The translations under genes and the position numbers were made by a program. The notes beneath the pieces are model-generated. The model was not told the DNA's origin. It ran no database searches and saw only the letters and a list, made by a program, of their open reading frames with translations. A stretch of DNA of 64,000 nt from Vulcanimicrobiota bacterium. Lineage in GTDB: Bacteria; Vulcanimicrobiota; Vulcanimicrobiia; Vulcanimicrobiales; Vulcanimicrobiaceae. Position 1 is the first letter of the stretch. Each line of letters begins with the position of its first letter. Shown piece by piece: positions 41,703 through 51,677 of this stretch. The stretch is from contig OY968762.1 of the NCBI GenBank assembly GCA_963695225.1, positions 2,915,521-2,979,520 on the forward strand, read 5' to 3'.

Positions 41703-42073
41703 GCTCCCAACAGTAGCGCACTGTCCTAAACACCATGTTACCGGCTGGCAACGGCGTTCCACTGCGCCTCGACGGCGCACGATCTCGCAAGCACGGCGCA
41801 ACGCGGCTCGCGACCGCGCCAAGCCGCCTGCGCAGTATCGAGAGCGAGAGCCCCAGCTCTAGGGCGGTATCTTCGGCAGAGCCGCCCCTGTCGGCAGTGC
41901 GAAAACTGCTGGGCCAGGACAGCGCGAGGCCAGCCCTCCCCTTCTCCTCGCTGGATCGAGCATCACATCCGCGCACGTGCCTCGATGACGATCTCCCCCC
42001 AACAGGGCAGTGGCCTTGAGTCTCTGAGGTTTTGCGAAGGCCACGGCACCCAGGTGCATCAAATTGCGCAGAC

Positions 42074-44152
42074 ATGACGACCGTCACCCCGCCCCTGCAC
42101 ATCGCCACCGACCTGCCCGGTCGCCTTCGGAACGTCGACCTTCCGTTCTCACGGCCCCTGCTACCCCTCTTCGAGGCGGTCGTAAACTCGATCCATTCCA
42201 CCGACCTGAGGCCCGTCGAACCGACCGAGCGGCGCATCACCGTCAAGATCGATCGCGAGCCGCAAACCTCACTGCTGCTCGAAAAGCCGCGTCGCGGCGC
42301 ACCACCCCGCGAGAACATCCTTGGATTCTCAATCACCGACAACGGCGTCGGCTTCAACGACGACAATTTGAAGTCGTTCCTAACGCTGGATACCCAATAC
42401 AAGGCCGATTTGGGTTGCCGCGGGGTTGGGCGCCTCTTGTGGCTCAAAGCGTTTGATCGGATCGATGTCGTAAGCGTCTTCTCTGACGCCGAGGGACGCC
42501 GCAAGCGGCGCACCTTTGCATTCTCGCCGAATGGTGTTAGCGATTTGGTCACCGAGGACGCCGGCGACGCCCCGATCGAGACCTCGGTGCGGATGACCGG
42601 CTTCTCGCGAGAGTACCGTGACGCCGCTAAGAAAGGGGCACAGAGCATCGCGAGCGCTTTGCTTGAGCACTGTTTATGGTACTTCTTGCGGCGCGGGAGC
42701 GCTCCGCACATCCGCGTTGATGACGACGGTCAGAGCTTTCTTCTCAGCGAACTGTATGATGAATACGTTCTCTCGTCGAGCGATCACTCGTCGATCGCCA
42801 TTAAAGGACACGACTTCGAAATCTCGCACATCAGGTTCCGTGGAACCGGAGCAATAAACGAGCTATCTTGGTGCGCTAACGAACGTGTCGTGGTCGAGGA
42901 GAAACTCAACGGTAAGATTGCCGGACTCCACGGACGTCTCTCAGGACCAGACGGTGACTCGTTCGCATACGCGTGCTTTGTTACATCGTCATTTCTCGAC
43001 GAGAAGGTTCGCCCCGAACGCTTCGGGTTCAATATACCTGAAGTGGTCGGCGAACTCTTCGAGGCCACGGATATTGGAATGTCGGAGATTCGTACAGCCG
43101 TGCTCGCGGCTGCAGCCGATTATCTCGAGCCATATCTGGAAAACGCGCGGAAAGCGGGCCTTGAGCGCGTGAAATCCTTCATTTCGAACACACCGCGGTA
43201 CAGGCCAATCCTCCGGCACGTTCCTGAAGAAGAGTTGTACATCGACCCCCAGATGCCCGAGAAGGATCTCGAGCTGCTCCTCCACCGACACTACGTGTCG
43301 GTGGAGGCAGCTATGATAGAGGAAGGCCAAAAAATACTCGAAGCGTCCAAGAACGAGGACTTCGCCTCGTATAAAGAGCGCCTGAACACTTACCTCGAAA
43401 CGCTCGCCGATTTCAAGAAATCAGACCTCGCAAGTTACGTGGCTCACCGCGCTATGGTCATTGACTTCTTGGCACAGTCCCTTCGTAAAGACGAGCATGG
43501 AAGATACGCGCGAGAGAACGTCATCCACGAACTGCTCGTGCCGATGCGCAAGACATCCGACGAATACCAATTCGAGGACTCAAACCTATGGCTTCTCGAC
43601 GAAAGGTTGGCTTTCCACGAGTTTCTCGCTTCTGACAAGGAGTTGTCGACTTTCGAAATCCTCGACACGGACGACGATGCGCGTCCCGACGTTGCGATAC
43701 TCAACGTTGCGGATACACCGCTGCTGCTTGGAGAGAGTGAAAGCGAGCCGCTGGCGTCGATAACGGTAATTGAGATAAAGCGCCCAATGCGCGGCGACTT
43801 AGGGAGCGACGAGGAAGACCCGATAAAGCAATGTCTTGAGTACCTTGATCGCATCCGTCGCGGAAAGGTTAAGACCAAACATGGCCGGCCGATCCCCAAC
43901 GCCGACAAGATTCCAGGCTTTTGTTATATCGCTTGCGACATCACCGAAGGCGTCAGGGCACTTGCACGTCGATGGGACCTAAAAGAAACGCCAGATTCGC
44001 TCGGCTTTTTCGGCCACCATGGCGGCTATGAAGCCTACATAGAGGTCATGAGTTTCGACCGTCTCATCAGTTCCGCGCGCCAACGCCACCGTGCTTTCTT
44101 CGACAAGTTGGGGTTGCCAAGCCGAGGGCCAAGCCTTCCAGCATCATCGTGA
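42074..44152 (+). CDS. GHKL (MORC-like) ATPase fused to C-terminal PD-(D/E)xK nuclease
   Basis: FEAVVNSIH, ITDNGVGF, GCRGVGR; C-terminal RPDV...IEIKRP...IKQCLEY...EVMSFDRL. Confidence 0.8.
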   Translation: MTTVTPPLHIATDLPGRLRNVDLPFSRPLLPLFEAVVNSIHSTDLRPVEPTERRITVKIDREPQTSLLLEKPRRGAPPRENILGFSITDNGVGFNDDNLKSFLTLDTQYKADLGCRGVGRLLWLKAFDRIDVVSVFSDAEGRRKRRTFAFSPNGVSDLVTEDAGDAPIETSVRMTGFSREYRDAAKKGAQSIASALLEHCLWYFLRRGSAPHIRVDDDGQSFLLSELYDEYVLSSSDHSSIAIKGHDFEISHIRFRGTGAINELSWCANERVVVEEKLNGKIAGLHGRLSGPDGDSFAYACFVTSSFLDEKVRPERFGFNIPEVVGELFEATDIGMSEIRTAVLAAAADYLEPYLENARKAGLERVKSFISNTPRYRPILRHVPEEELYIDPQMPEKDLELLLHRHYVSVEAAMIEEGQKILEASKNEDFASYKERLNTYLETLADFKKSDLASYVAHRAMVIDFLAQSLRKDEHGRYARENVIHELLVPMRKTSDEYQFEDSNLWLLDERLAFHEFLASDKELSTFEILDTDDDARPDVAILNVADTPLLLGESESEPLASITVIEIKRPMRGDLGSDEEDPIKQCLEYLDRIRRGKVKTKHGRPIPNADKIPGFCYIACDITEGVRALARRWDLKETPDSLGFFGHHGGYEAYIEVMSFDRLISSARQRHRAFFDKLGLPSRGPSLPASS

Positions 44153-44257
44153 CCCAGCGTGCGCATGCGGGCGCAACTAACGCGGGGCCACATGGTCGGC
44201 TTCGCTCGCTTCTATAATGAAGTCGACGCATTTCTTTGTTATTGAGAAAGCCGCTGC

Positions 44258-45025
44258 ATGAACCCTTTCCGACCAGCAGTCAACGGCCGTTGCAATGTCT
44301 GCCTCCGAACCGAGATGCGCCTGACTCGTGATCACGTTCCCCCTAGCGGGGTCATTGGAGGTCGACGGCAGGCCCGCGTCCGGCAACCACTCCAAGAGCA
44401 GCTGGTCGATCGGAATCCACGCATTCCAACGCAATTGATATCACGTACCGGTGTCTATTTTACGACGGTGTGCTCTGACTGCCACCGTGCGCGAAGTGGC
44501 GACGACGACGCCCTCATTGGGTTCGTCAACAATGCCCGAAACGGTTTAGTCAGCAGACCGCGCATTATTGACATTATTGCGATTCGTGCACGACCTGATG
44601 CCGTAATTCGCGCGATACTATTTCACAACCTGACGTCTCGGTTAGACGTGACGGACAGTGTGTTCGAGACAAGTATCAGGGCCGTCATTCGGGACGGCAA
44701 CGTTTCAGCCGGGCGAGCACTCTTTCTTTACATCTGGTGTTACTCCGGGAATGATATCTTCATGATGCATGATTTCGTGACGCCCAATAACGCGCTCCCG
44801 ATGCCCATTGGGAGTGTGCTATCGTTCCCACCATTGACTTTCTTTCTAGCCGCGCAGCAAGTCATTGGTGTGAGAGGCCTAAACGTTGAGTGCACTCTGA
44901 ACGCGCCCGAGGAACAGATTCCCATCAATCTTCACGTTGACCCAACAGGCGTTTGGCCTCGATCTGCCATCGCCGTCATGGGAGGTGCACGAATGGCGGA
45001 ACATATTGTTGCTGATCAGGACTAG
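44258..45025 (+). CDS. HNH-like zinc-binding endonuclease domain protein
   Basis: CNVC...LTRDHVPP...VCSDCH; AT-rich codon use. Confidence 0.65.
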   Translation: MNPFRPAVNGRCNVCLRTEMRLTRDHVPPSGVIGGRRQARVRQPLQEQLVDRNPRIPTQLISRTGVYFTTVCSDCHRARSGDDDALIGFVNNARNGLVSRPRIIDIIAIRARPDAVIRAILFHNLTSRLDVTDSVFETSIRAVIRDGNVSAGRALFLYIWCYSGNDIFMMHDFVTPNNALPMPIGSVLSFPPLTFFLAAQQVIGVRGLNVECTLNAPEEQIPINLHVDPTGVWPRSAIAVMGGARMAEHIVADQD

Positions 45026-45230
45026 CTGCTGGACCAGATTGCACCAGGATGTAGGCGATTAGTTCCTGCAGCGGTATTGGCGGTACGCTGATCCCTGTGC
45101 AAAGCCGCGGGCTCCGTGCGAAGCGGCCGTGCCACGGCCGTCGCCGCGCTCGCGCGCTTCGGCTCGGCCAGCCGTTCCGACCCGATTTAGCAAGCCGGAA
45201 GAGTAATCGGGCACCAATGGCGTACCTCGG

Positions 45231-48200
45231 TCAGCGGCGCATTCCTCGGCGCCGCTTTGGCGCGTCGAAGTCGATCGTGGGCTCCGGGCGGCGCAAGCCC
45301 TGCGAGCCGAGCGCGCGGTCCAAAATGGTCCTCTCGAGCCCGTCGCGATCGATGGCGCGCTCGAGCCCGACTGGCGGCTCCGCGCCTAGAGCCTTGCGCC
45401 ACTCGGCCCGCCATGCCCGCTGGAGATCGTTGCGCAGTCCGTGCAGCGCAATACCGATCTCCAAAAGCAATTGATCCGGATCCCGCACGAGCGCCTCGTT
45501 GGGGTCCTTCGCGCCGGCCGGCAAACGCAGGCGCGCGAGCGTCGAGTCGCTACAAAGCCACTTCGAGAGTTCAACCGCGGCATGGTCGCCGGCGCGGTCG
45601 GCATCAGTCGCGACGACAACCTCGCGTGCGACGAGCGCTCGTCGTACCCACTCCGGTCGGTTCTGGGTACCGCAGGTCGCGATCGCGGGCAGCCCACACT
45701 GAGCGAGGCTGAGCGCGTCGATCGGCGCCTCGACGATCGCGACGGTGTCTGCTTCAAACGCCCCAGGCGTCGCGAACACTCCGCCGCTGACGGCGCCGAC
45801 CGTGACCATGCGCAGCGGCGCTTCGTCCCGCGCGCGAGGCGCTAGCGGCTCGAGCAGTCGCCCTTGCGCCGCGACAACCTCGCCGGCGGCATCGCGCACG
45901 AGGAATACAGCCGCCGGACCGAGACCGCGCGAGACGTAGCCGTCGTCGCGCACGCAGCCTTGATACCACCTCGGAGCATAGAGCGCGTCATCGAACGTCT
46001 CGAGCCCGCGTCCGCGCAGATACGCCTCACCGGGCGTCTGTTCGATCGGTGCGCACCCGCGCAACGCGCAGGCTAAGCGCTCGAGCTGGGCCGGCGTCGG
46101 CGGCTCCCGCATTGCCTCCCGTTGTCGGCCCTCCTCGTGGCGCCGGATCGCCGCGGCTTCGAAATGGCGGCGTCGCTCCTGCAGTTCGGCTTCGCGTTGA
46201 ACCTGTTCGCGGTATTGGTGGGCCCAAGCGACAAACGACACCAGGCGGTACTTTTCGCACGCCGCAGCGACGTCGGCTTGTTCGACGCGCTCGAGACGCG
46301 CCAATTCTTTGCGCCGCTTGGACTCCGGTAGCGCCTCGGCCGCCTGCCGCGCTGCAGCATTGCCCCCGAGGATTCGGCGCAGCTCACGTGATTGTGCGTC
46401 GCGCGTCCACGCCATCTCCGCGCGGTGCTGTTGGCGCAGTGGGTCCCGGTCGTGCTCGAGCGCCCGCCGCACGGTGCGCGCCCACATCGTATCGGGCCCT
46501 CCGGTCCGCTGTACCAGCTCGTCGAAGAGGAGGGCATCGTCTTTGGGCCGCAGCGAGGTGCTCGAGCACAGGCGCTCGACGAGCTCCTCGCGCCCCAGCC
46601 GTGTATGCACGCGTAGCCCGCTCTCGCACCGTGTCAGCGCGACATGCGCGCTCCGCGCGTCGTCGTTCTTCCCGAGGGTCGGGACGACGAGCGGATCGCC
46701 CCGGCTCTGACTCTTGTGCGTGGTGGTACTCCAGCCGTAGTCGATGGAGCGATAGCGCCGCGGGTCGAACTGCACCGTCCTCCCGCCATCCAGCTCGACG
46801 TCGACCGCTTGCGGTGCGACGGCGCGAACGGTTCCCAGGTAGCCATTGAGGACGTCGAGTGTTTTCGAGTTGCGCTCGAAGAGAACCCGATCACCGACGG
46901 CCAGCTCGCGCACGCCCCGCTCGAAGCGAAACGCGATGCCGGTGCCCTCAAGCCCGAGCTCGTGGCGGATCGCCCGGTTCGTGTAGAGCGCGTCGGTCCG
47001 ACTGCGAACCGGGGCCAGGACGCGAACGCCTCTACGTGTCGCCTCGACGATGTCCGCCGCTTTCGCTGCGATTTCTTCCTCGCGGCTCCCGTGACAGACC
47101 ACATGCCCCCGATCGAAGAATTCGGCCAGGTAGTGCCGGAGGGCTGCCCCATCCTGCTCGCGTATCGCACGCCCGCCCTGCGGAATCGCCTTGCGCATCC
47201 ACTCGACGTCGCTGCCGACTCGAGGGCGATACGAGAGCTTCACCTCACGATACGCATCGTGCTCACGTGCGATGCCGGCGAGGACGCGCATCGTGTCGCC
47301 GGCGTCGATGTTGGGGAGTTGGGCTTCGTCGCCGATCGCGACGACCGTCGCGTTCTGTTCCTTGGCGCGCTCGAAAATGGCTTTCGTTGCCTCGAACGAG
47401 ACCATCGAGGCCTCGTCGACGATGACCAGCGCGTGCGGTTTGATCATCTCCGAGCCGCCGGCGGCTTCGATGGCGCGCGCACGGGCCTGATTGACCGCGT
47501 CGATCCTCGCCTGTGTGCCGAGCGTCTCGGCGGCAAGCTGCGCGGTCGCGAACCCAACGATAGGGCGCTGGGTGAGCTCCGCGTAACGCCGCAGAACCGA
47601 CATCAGCGTCGTCTTCGCGCTGCCGGCGTTGCCTTGGAGCACGCCGAATCGATGCTCGACGAGCTCGAACGCAGCGAGCTGTTCCGCACTGAAGGCGATG
47701 CCAAGCGCGGCCTGCTCGTCGGCAATCGCGCGGTCGAGCATAGCCCGGTCGAACTTCAGATCGCGAGCCGCGGCGAGCGCGCCGGCGTCGTCCGCGACGC
47801 GTTGCTCGAGTCCACGCTGAGCCTTCGTCGCATACAGCGGCAGCTCGGAGTCGAGCGAGAGAACTTCGAGTGTCGGATCCTTGCGCAGCACTTCATTGGC
47901 ACGCTCGAACCATTCCTCGGGATCGGTCAGCCGATCGGAGATCCATGCGTCGATGTCATCCGGGGTAAACGTTGCCTGCCCCGAAGCGGCAATGTCACGG
48001 CTGACGCGGCCGGGGTCCTCAGCAAGCATGCCACGGTATTCCGCTTCCGATCGTTCCAGGTCGCCGAGATCGGTCAGCCATGCACGCCGCCGAAGCGCCT
48101 CCTCGTGTTCGAGCAGTTGGATCTTTCGTGGTCTCGCGCGCGCCGACGACGCGTCGAGCGGCGACGGCGCAATCCATGCCGGGTCCAACTCGAAGACGGT

Positions 48201-49208
48201 CTCGGTTGGAACCCACGTTGCCGCTCGGCTGTGGACTTCGCCGAAGCTATCGGTCCACGTGCTTCGTACCGAGCCCTGAGGCGCGCGTTCCATGATCCGC
48301 ATCCGCAAGCGTCCGTCCCCGTTCTCGAGCGTCGACGTCAGCCGGGCCGCGATGGAATGCAGGTCGGCCCGCAGCGGTTGCTCCCCGCGTTCCGCGCAGC
48401 GCTCGAGATAGGTGCGGAGCGCGTGCACAACCCGATCGCGACGGTCCTCCGGGGACTCGAGCCCTTCCTCGTCTGAGACAAACGCGCGCCCTTGCTCCTC
48501 GAGTCGCTCCTGTCCACGCTCGCGCTTGCGCCGGGCCCAATCTTCGGTGCGGACCTTCTCCACGCGCTGCGTCGCCAGGCCCTCGTCGCGTACGACGTAC
48601 AGACCCCAATCGTGAGCCATCTTAAGCTCGAGCTCCGTCTCGCGCAGAGCCCGATGCAAGCGGCCGAAGTCCCCTTGCCGCACGTACGCTCGCAGCGTCC
48701 CGCTGTGCACCGATGAGATGGCGACGTGGCAGTGCGCGTTCGGCTGATCCCGGTGAACGGCGAAGACGCCGGCGTGGCCTTCCCAGCCTGCCCGATCGAG
48801 GACGCGTTCGGCGAAACGGATGAGCTGCTCGTCGTCGACGGTCTTGGACTCCGCCTCGGACAACGAGATGACGTAGTGGACCACGGGCGACTTCACGCGC
48901 GGCTGGGTCGCGTAGATCGCCTGGATCTCTTCCGCCGCCGTCGCTAGCGATACGACCCCGCGCGCGTACACGGAGCTCGGCCGCGGGCCGCCGGCCTCCG
49001 GTCTCCAGACGACGCCGACGCCGAAGTCGGGCCGTCGCCGCGACTCATCCAGTAGGGCAGTGAGCTCGTCGCGCTGGACAGCCTTCAGCGGATCGTCGAT
49101 GCGCTCGTGCTTCACCTTCGCGGTCAGCTCTTCGCCGAGCACGTAGCGGATCGCCCGACGCGCCGAGCCGCCGCCGCGTGGCGCTCTGCACCGCTTGCCT
49201 ACGGCCAC
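45231..49208 (-). CDS. conjugative relaxase (MOBP-type) fused to RecD/TraA-like helicase and TOPRIM domain
   Basis: AIRYV, VVHYVISL, VHRDQPNAHCHV; GNAGSAKTT, VDEASMV, IGDEAQL, THKSQ, VALTR; VEAPIDALS, TDAD. Confidence 0.9.
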   Translation of the reverse strand: MAVGKRCRAPRGGGSARRAIRYVLGEELTAKVKHERIDDPLKAVQRDELTALLDESRRRPDFGVGVVWRPEAGGPRPSSVYARGVVSLATAAEEIQAIYATQPRVKSPVVHYVISLSEAESKTVDDEQLIRFAERVLDRAGWEGHAGVFAVHRDQPNAHCHVAISSVHSGTLRAYVRQGDFGRLHRALRETELELKMAHDWGLYVVRDEGLATQRVEKVRTEDWARRKRERGQERLEEQGRAFVSDEEGLESPEDRRDRVVHALRTYLERCAERGEQPLRADLHSIAARLTSTLENGDGRLRMRIMERAPQGSVRSTWTDSFGEVHSRAATWVPTETVFELDPAWIAPSPLDASSARARPRKIQLLEHEEALRRRAWLTDLGDLERSEAEYRGMLAEDPGRVSRDIAASGQATFTPDDIDAWISDRLTDPEEWFERANEVLRKDPTLEVLSLDSELPLYATKAQRGLEQRVADDAGALAAARDLKFDRAMLDRAIADEQAALGIAFSAEQLAAFELVEHRFGVLQGNAGSAKTTLMSVLRRYAELTQRPIVGFATAQLAAETLGTQARIDAVNQARARAIEAAGGSEMIKPHALVIVDEASMVSFEATKAIFERAKEQNATVVAIGDEAQLPNIDAGDTMRVLAGIAREHDAYREVKLSYRPRVGSDVEWMRKAIPQGGRAIREQDGAALRHYLAEFFDRGHVVCHGSREEEIAAKAADIVEATRRGVRVLAPVRSRTDALYTNRAIRHELGLEGTGIAFRFERGVRELAVGDRVLFERNSKTLDVLNGYLGTVRAVAPQAVDVELDGGRTVQFDPRRYRSIDYGWSTTTHKSQSRGDPLVVPTLGKNDDARSAHVALTRCESGLRVHTRLGREELVERLCSSTSLRPKDDALLFDELVQRTGGPDTMWARTVRRALEHDRDPLRQQHRAEMAWTRDAQSRELRRILGGNAAARQAAEALPESKRRKELARLERVEQADVAAACEKYRLVSFVAWAHQYREQVQREAELQERRRHFEAAAIRRHEEGRQREAMREPPTPAQLERLACALRGCAPIEQTPGEAYLRGRGLETFDDALYAPRWYQGCVRDDGYVSRGLGPAAVFLVRDAAGEVVAAQGRLLEPLAPRARDEAPLRMVTVGAVSGGVFATPGAFEADTVAIVEAPIDALSLAQCGLPAIATCGTQNRPEWVRRALVAREVVVATDADRAGDHAAVELSKWLCSDSTLARLRLPAGAKDPNEALVRDPDQLLLEIGIALHGLRNDLQRAWRAEWRKALGAEPPVGLERAIDRDGLERTILDRALGSQGLRRPEPTIDFDAPKRRRGMRR

Positions 49209-49215
49209 GGCGCCT

Positions 49216-49578
49216 TTAGAAGGCCGACCAATCGTCGGCGCTCTTGAGCCGTTTCATGCGGTCTTCGGTTGCCCGCGCGATAGCGGGGGCGTGCGAGACG
49301 GCGAATGCCTCCGCCATCAGCCGTTGCGCGAAGCGCAAGTGATCCGTCGCCTCGGACAACGCGCCATGCTCGATCGCCGCTATCGCGCTCACGATCATGT
49401 ATCCGACTCGCGCGTCGGTTGTCGCAGCCGGCAACGTGGCCGTGCTCGCATCGTCTCGAATCCTGGCGGCAACGTAATCCGAGATCGTCAAGCCCGCTCG
49501 CCTGGCTTTTCGTCGTACTTCTTGGGCCACCTCAGCAGGGACCGTCAAGTTCAATTGCACCGTGGTCCTGATAGGCAT
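49216..49578 (-). CDS. relaxosome accessory ribbon-helix-helix protein (MobC/TraJ-like)
   Basis: VQLNLTV..EV..KARRAGLTISDYV; GGAGG RBS; between oriT and relaxase. Confidence 0.75.
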   Translation of the reverse strand: MPIRTTVQLNLTVPAEVAQEVRRKARRAGLTISDYVAARIRDDASTATLPAATTDARVGYMIVSAIAAIEHGALSEATDHLRFAQRLMAEAFAVSHAPAIARATEDRMKRLKSADDWSAF

Positions 49579-49608
49579 TATTAGGCCTCCGTCGCGCCGC
49601 TCGTTCCC

Positions 49609-49636
49609 GATGTGCCTAGGCACATCCTATCCTGCC
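49609..49636 (+). other. origin of transfer (oriT), IncP/MOBP-type nic, predicted nick 49634/49635
   Basis: Perfect palindrome GATGTGCCTAGGCACATC followed by CTATCCTG^C (consensus YATCCTG^Y). Confidence 0.85.
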
Positions 49637-49698
49637 AATAAACTCCGTTTCTAGCGTAAACGGCGGTCAGAAAAAACGAAGACGCAAACGGTAACAAT

Positions 49699-49872
49699 GC
49701 GGAATAGAAGCGGAATAGAAAGTGGAATAAAATACGGACGGGAAAAGCGCGTGAAAAAGCGAGACCGCGGCGGAGTGGAAAGCGGAAGAAAATACGGACG
49801 AGAAAAGCGCGTGAAAAAGCGAGGCCGCGGCGGAGTGGAAAGCGGAAGAAAATACGGACGAGAAAAGCGCGT
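49699..49872 (+). repeat. 60-bp tandem repeat (~2.7 copies) built of ~12-bp A-tract subunits next to oriT
   Basis: GAAAAGCGCGTGAAAAAGCGAG.CCGCGGCGGAGTGGAAAGCGGAAGAAAATACGGACG repeated with period 60. Confidence 0.9.
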
Positions 49873-49946
49873 CGAGAAAGAGACAGAACGAGCGGATGGT
49901 CCCGAGTGAGGCGACGTGAGCGCCTGCCAGATAGTGATAGTGGACG

Positions 49947-50384
49947 ATGAATGAGGACATCGACGCGAAGCGACGCGCGCTTGAAGCGGCCTTCGAATCG
50001 GCGAAGGACGCGGAGTTCGTGCACAAGCGATTCGCGGGGTCGAAGACGGCGCTGATTATGGAGTTCCGCGAGGAGATCGCCGACTTGCGGATGCGTGGCG
50101 CGACCTGGGAGAAGATTGCGGAGCTGTTGCATCCGGTGATCGGTTGCGCGAAGGATACGATTCGAACGGCCATGATGCGGCGGCCCGCAGCGAAGGCCAA
50201 AACGACGGCGCAGCGTGGTCCAGCAACGAAGCAGCAGAATGGTCGCGGGCGCGCCGCTGCGGAGCAGCAAGCGTCGGCGGCTGCGGTTCATGACGGTGGC
50301 CAAAGCGATGGCGATCTCGGCGCGGATGCGGAAATCAAACAGGTTTCGAAAAACGAGCACAAAGCGCTGACAAGGAAGTTGTGA
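49947..50384 (+). CDS. putative oriT-binding protein (TraK/StbA-like position)
   Basis: EEIADLRMRGATWEKIAELL...TIR HTH-like segment; first gene across oriT from relaxase. Confidence 0.6.
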   Translation: MNEDIDAKRRALEAAFESAKDAEFVHKRFAGSKTALIMEFREEIADLRMRGATWEKIAELLHPVIGCAKDTIRTAMMRRPAAKAKTTAQRGPATKQQNGRGRAAAEQQASAAAVHDGGQSDGDLGADAEIKQVSKNEHKALTRKL

Positions 50385-50393
50385 GTTAGGAGC

Positions 50394-51200
50394 GTGAGCG
50401 TGAAGCGACTGGAAATCTTTGCGTCGCAAAAGGGCGGCGCCGGCAAGACGACGACTGCAAAGGCTATGCTGGACCTCAGCCGGCGGGCAGGGCGAAAGGT
50501 TTCGGCTTGGGACCTGGACAGCTCGACAAGCAGCTTTGCTATGGCGTACCAGGAGCGCGATCCGGTGGCCGGCGTGGGGCTGGATAACGTGCGCAGCCCA
50601 AAGAGCAAGACGCCGTGGCTCAACGCGCTCTACACGGATGTCGATGACGTCATCATCGACGTTCCCGGTGGAGCGCTCGACGACTTGATCGGAGTGCTTG
50701 GCCGGGCGGGCGCCATTGCGGGAATGGCAACGGATGCCGGACGCGAGGTCGTGCTGGTGACGCCGATCGGCGTCGAGGTGGATGCCGTTCTGTCAGCCCA
50801 AGACGCGGTCGAGCGGTTTGGGTCTTCGGTTCACCACGTGGTCGTCAAGAACGGATACTTCGGCGACGACGACGAGTTCTTCGTTTTCGACGGCCTTGCG
50901 GACCCGGAAACGGGTCAGCGGCTGTTCGGAAATACGGGGGACATGGTACGCGAGGCGGGTGGCGAGGTGTTGTATCTCCCGAAGCTTGATTCGCGCACGA
51001 TGGCGTTGGTAAAGCTGAAGGGATTGTCGTTTGTCGATGGCGTTGCTCGAGCGGAAATACTCGGCCGGCGCGACTGCTGGCGTCTGCGGGATTGGCTCGA
51101 GCAGATCGCGGCGGCCTTTGAAGGGACGTGGCTATCACCGTCAGGCGGCGTACCGCCGGCGCGCAAAGAGCGGCGCCCGCGCGTCGCGACGGCAAGCTGA
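50394..51200 (+). CDS. ParA/MinD-like P-loop ATPase (TraL/StbB-like)
   Basis: QKGGAGKTT, WDLD, IIDVPGG, VVVKN. Confidence 0.8.
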   Translation: MSVKRLEIFASQKGGAGKTTTAKAMLDLSRRAGRKVSAWDLDSSTSSFAMAYQERDPVAGVGLDNVRSPKSKTPWLNALYTDVDDVIIDVPGGALDDLIGVLGRAGAIAGMATDAGREVVLVTPIGVEVDAVLSAQDAVERFGSSVHHVVVKNGYFGDDDEFFVFDGLADPETGQRLFGNTGDMVREAGGEVLYLPKLDSRTMALVKLKGLSFVDGVARAEILGRRDCWRLRDWLEQIAAAFEGTWLSPSGGVPPARKERRPRVATAS

Positions 51201-51206
51201 GCCCTT

Positions 51207-51677
51207 GTGGCGCAAAGCGACGAAACGGCGCCGCCGCTCGCCAATCGAGCTCGAGCGGCTCGAGAAGCCTACCTGAACGCACTTCCCCCCGCCGAGCAGG
51301 CGGCTGTTGTGCGGCAAGCAGAGCGCATCGGCGTGCGGGTCGACGATCCGGATTGGCTGATTGCCCGCGCGGCCCAAGAGGCCGCGAGCGAACTTAAGCG
51401 CGCGACCGAAGCCGTCGACGCCAGACTTGCCGCATTCGAACGAAGACTCGACCAGGAAGCGCGAGCGCCGGCGCTGCCGCCTGATCTCGTCGGCTTGCCG
51501 GTGGTCGTCGCGTTCATGCTTGGCGCATGTTTCATGCTGACGCTGGTCGTGCTCGGGGGCCTCTTCGGATCGCGAGCGCCGGCCGGCGCCTGGTGGGGTA
51601 TCGTCCCCTTCTTGGGGGGCGCCGCTCTACCGATTGCCTACGAGGCGATTATCAGTTACCTGGCGCGTCGGGCCTGA
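51207..51677 (+). CDS. membrane protein, TraM/StbC-like
   Basis: IGVRVDDPDWL, coiled coil, two C-terminal TM segments; third gene of the leading operon. Confidence 0.55.
   Translation: MAQSDETAPPLANRARAAREAYLNALPPAEQAAVVRQAERIGVRVDDPDWLIARAAQEAASELKRATEAVDARLAAFERRLDQEARAPALPPDLVGLPVVVAFMLGACFMLTLVVLGGLFGSRAPAGAWWGIVPFLGGAALPIAYEAIISYLARRA

Noticed and set aside
44258..45025. HNH protein as homing endonuclease for the tRNA intron
   Set aside because: 3.7 kb away inside ICE cargo, with no sequence link to the intron
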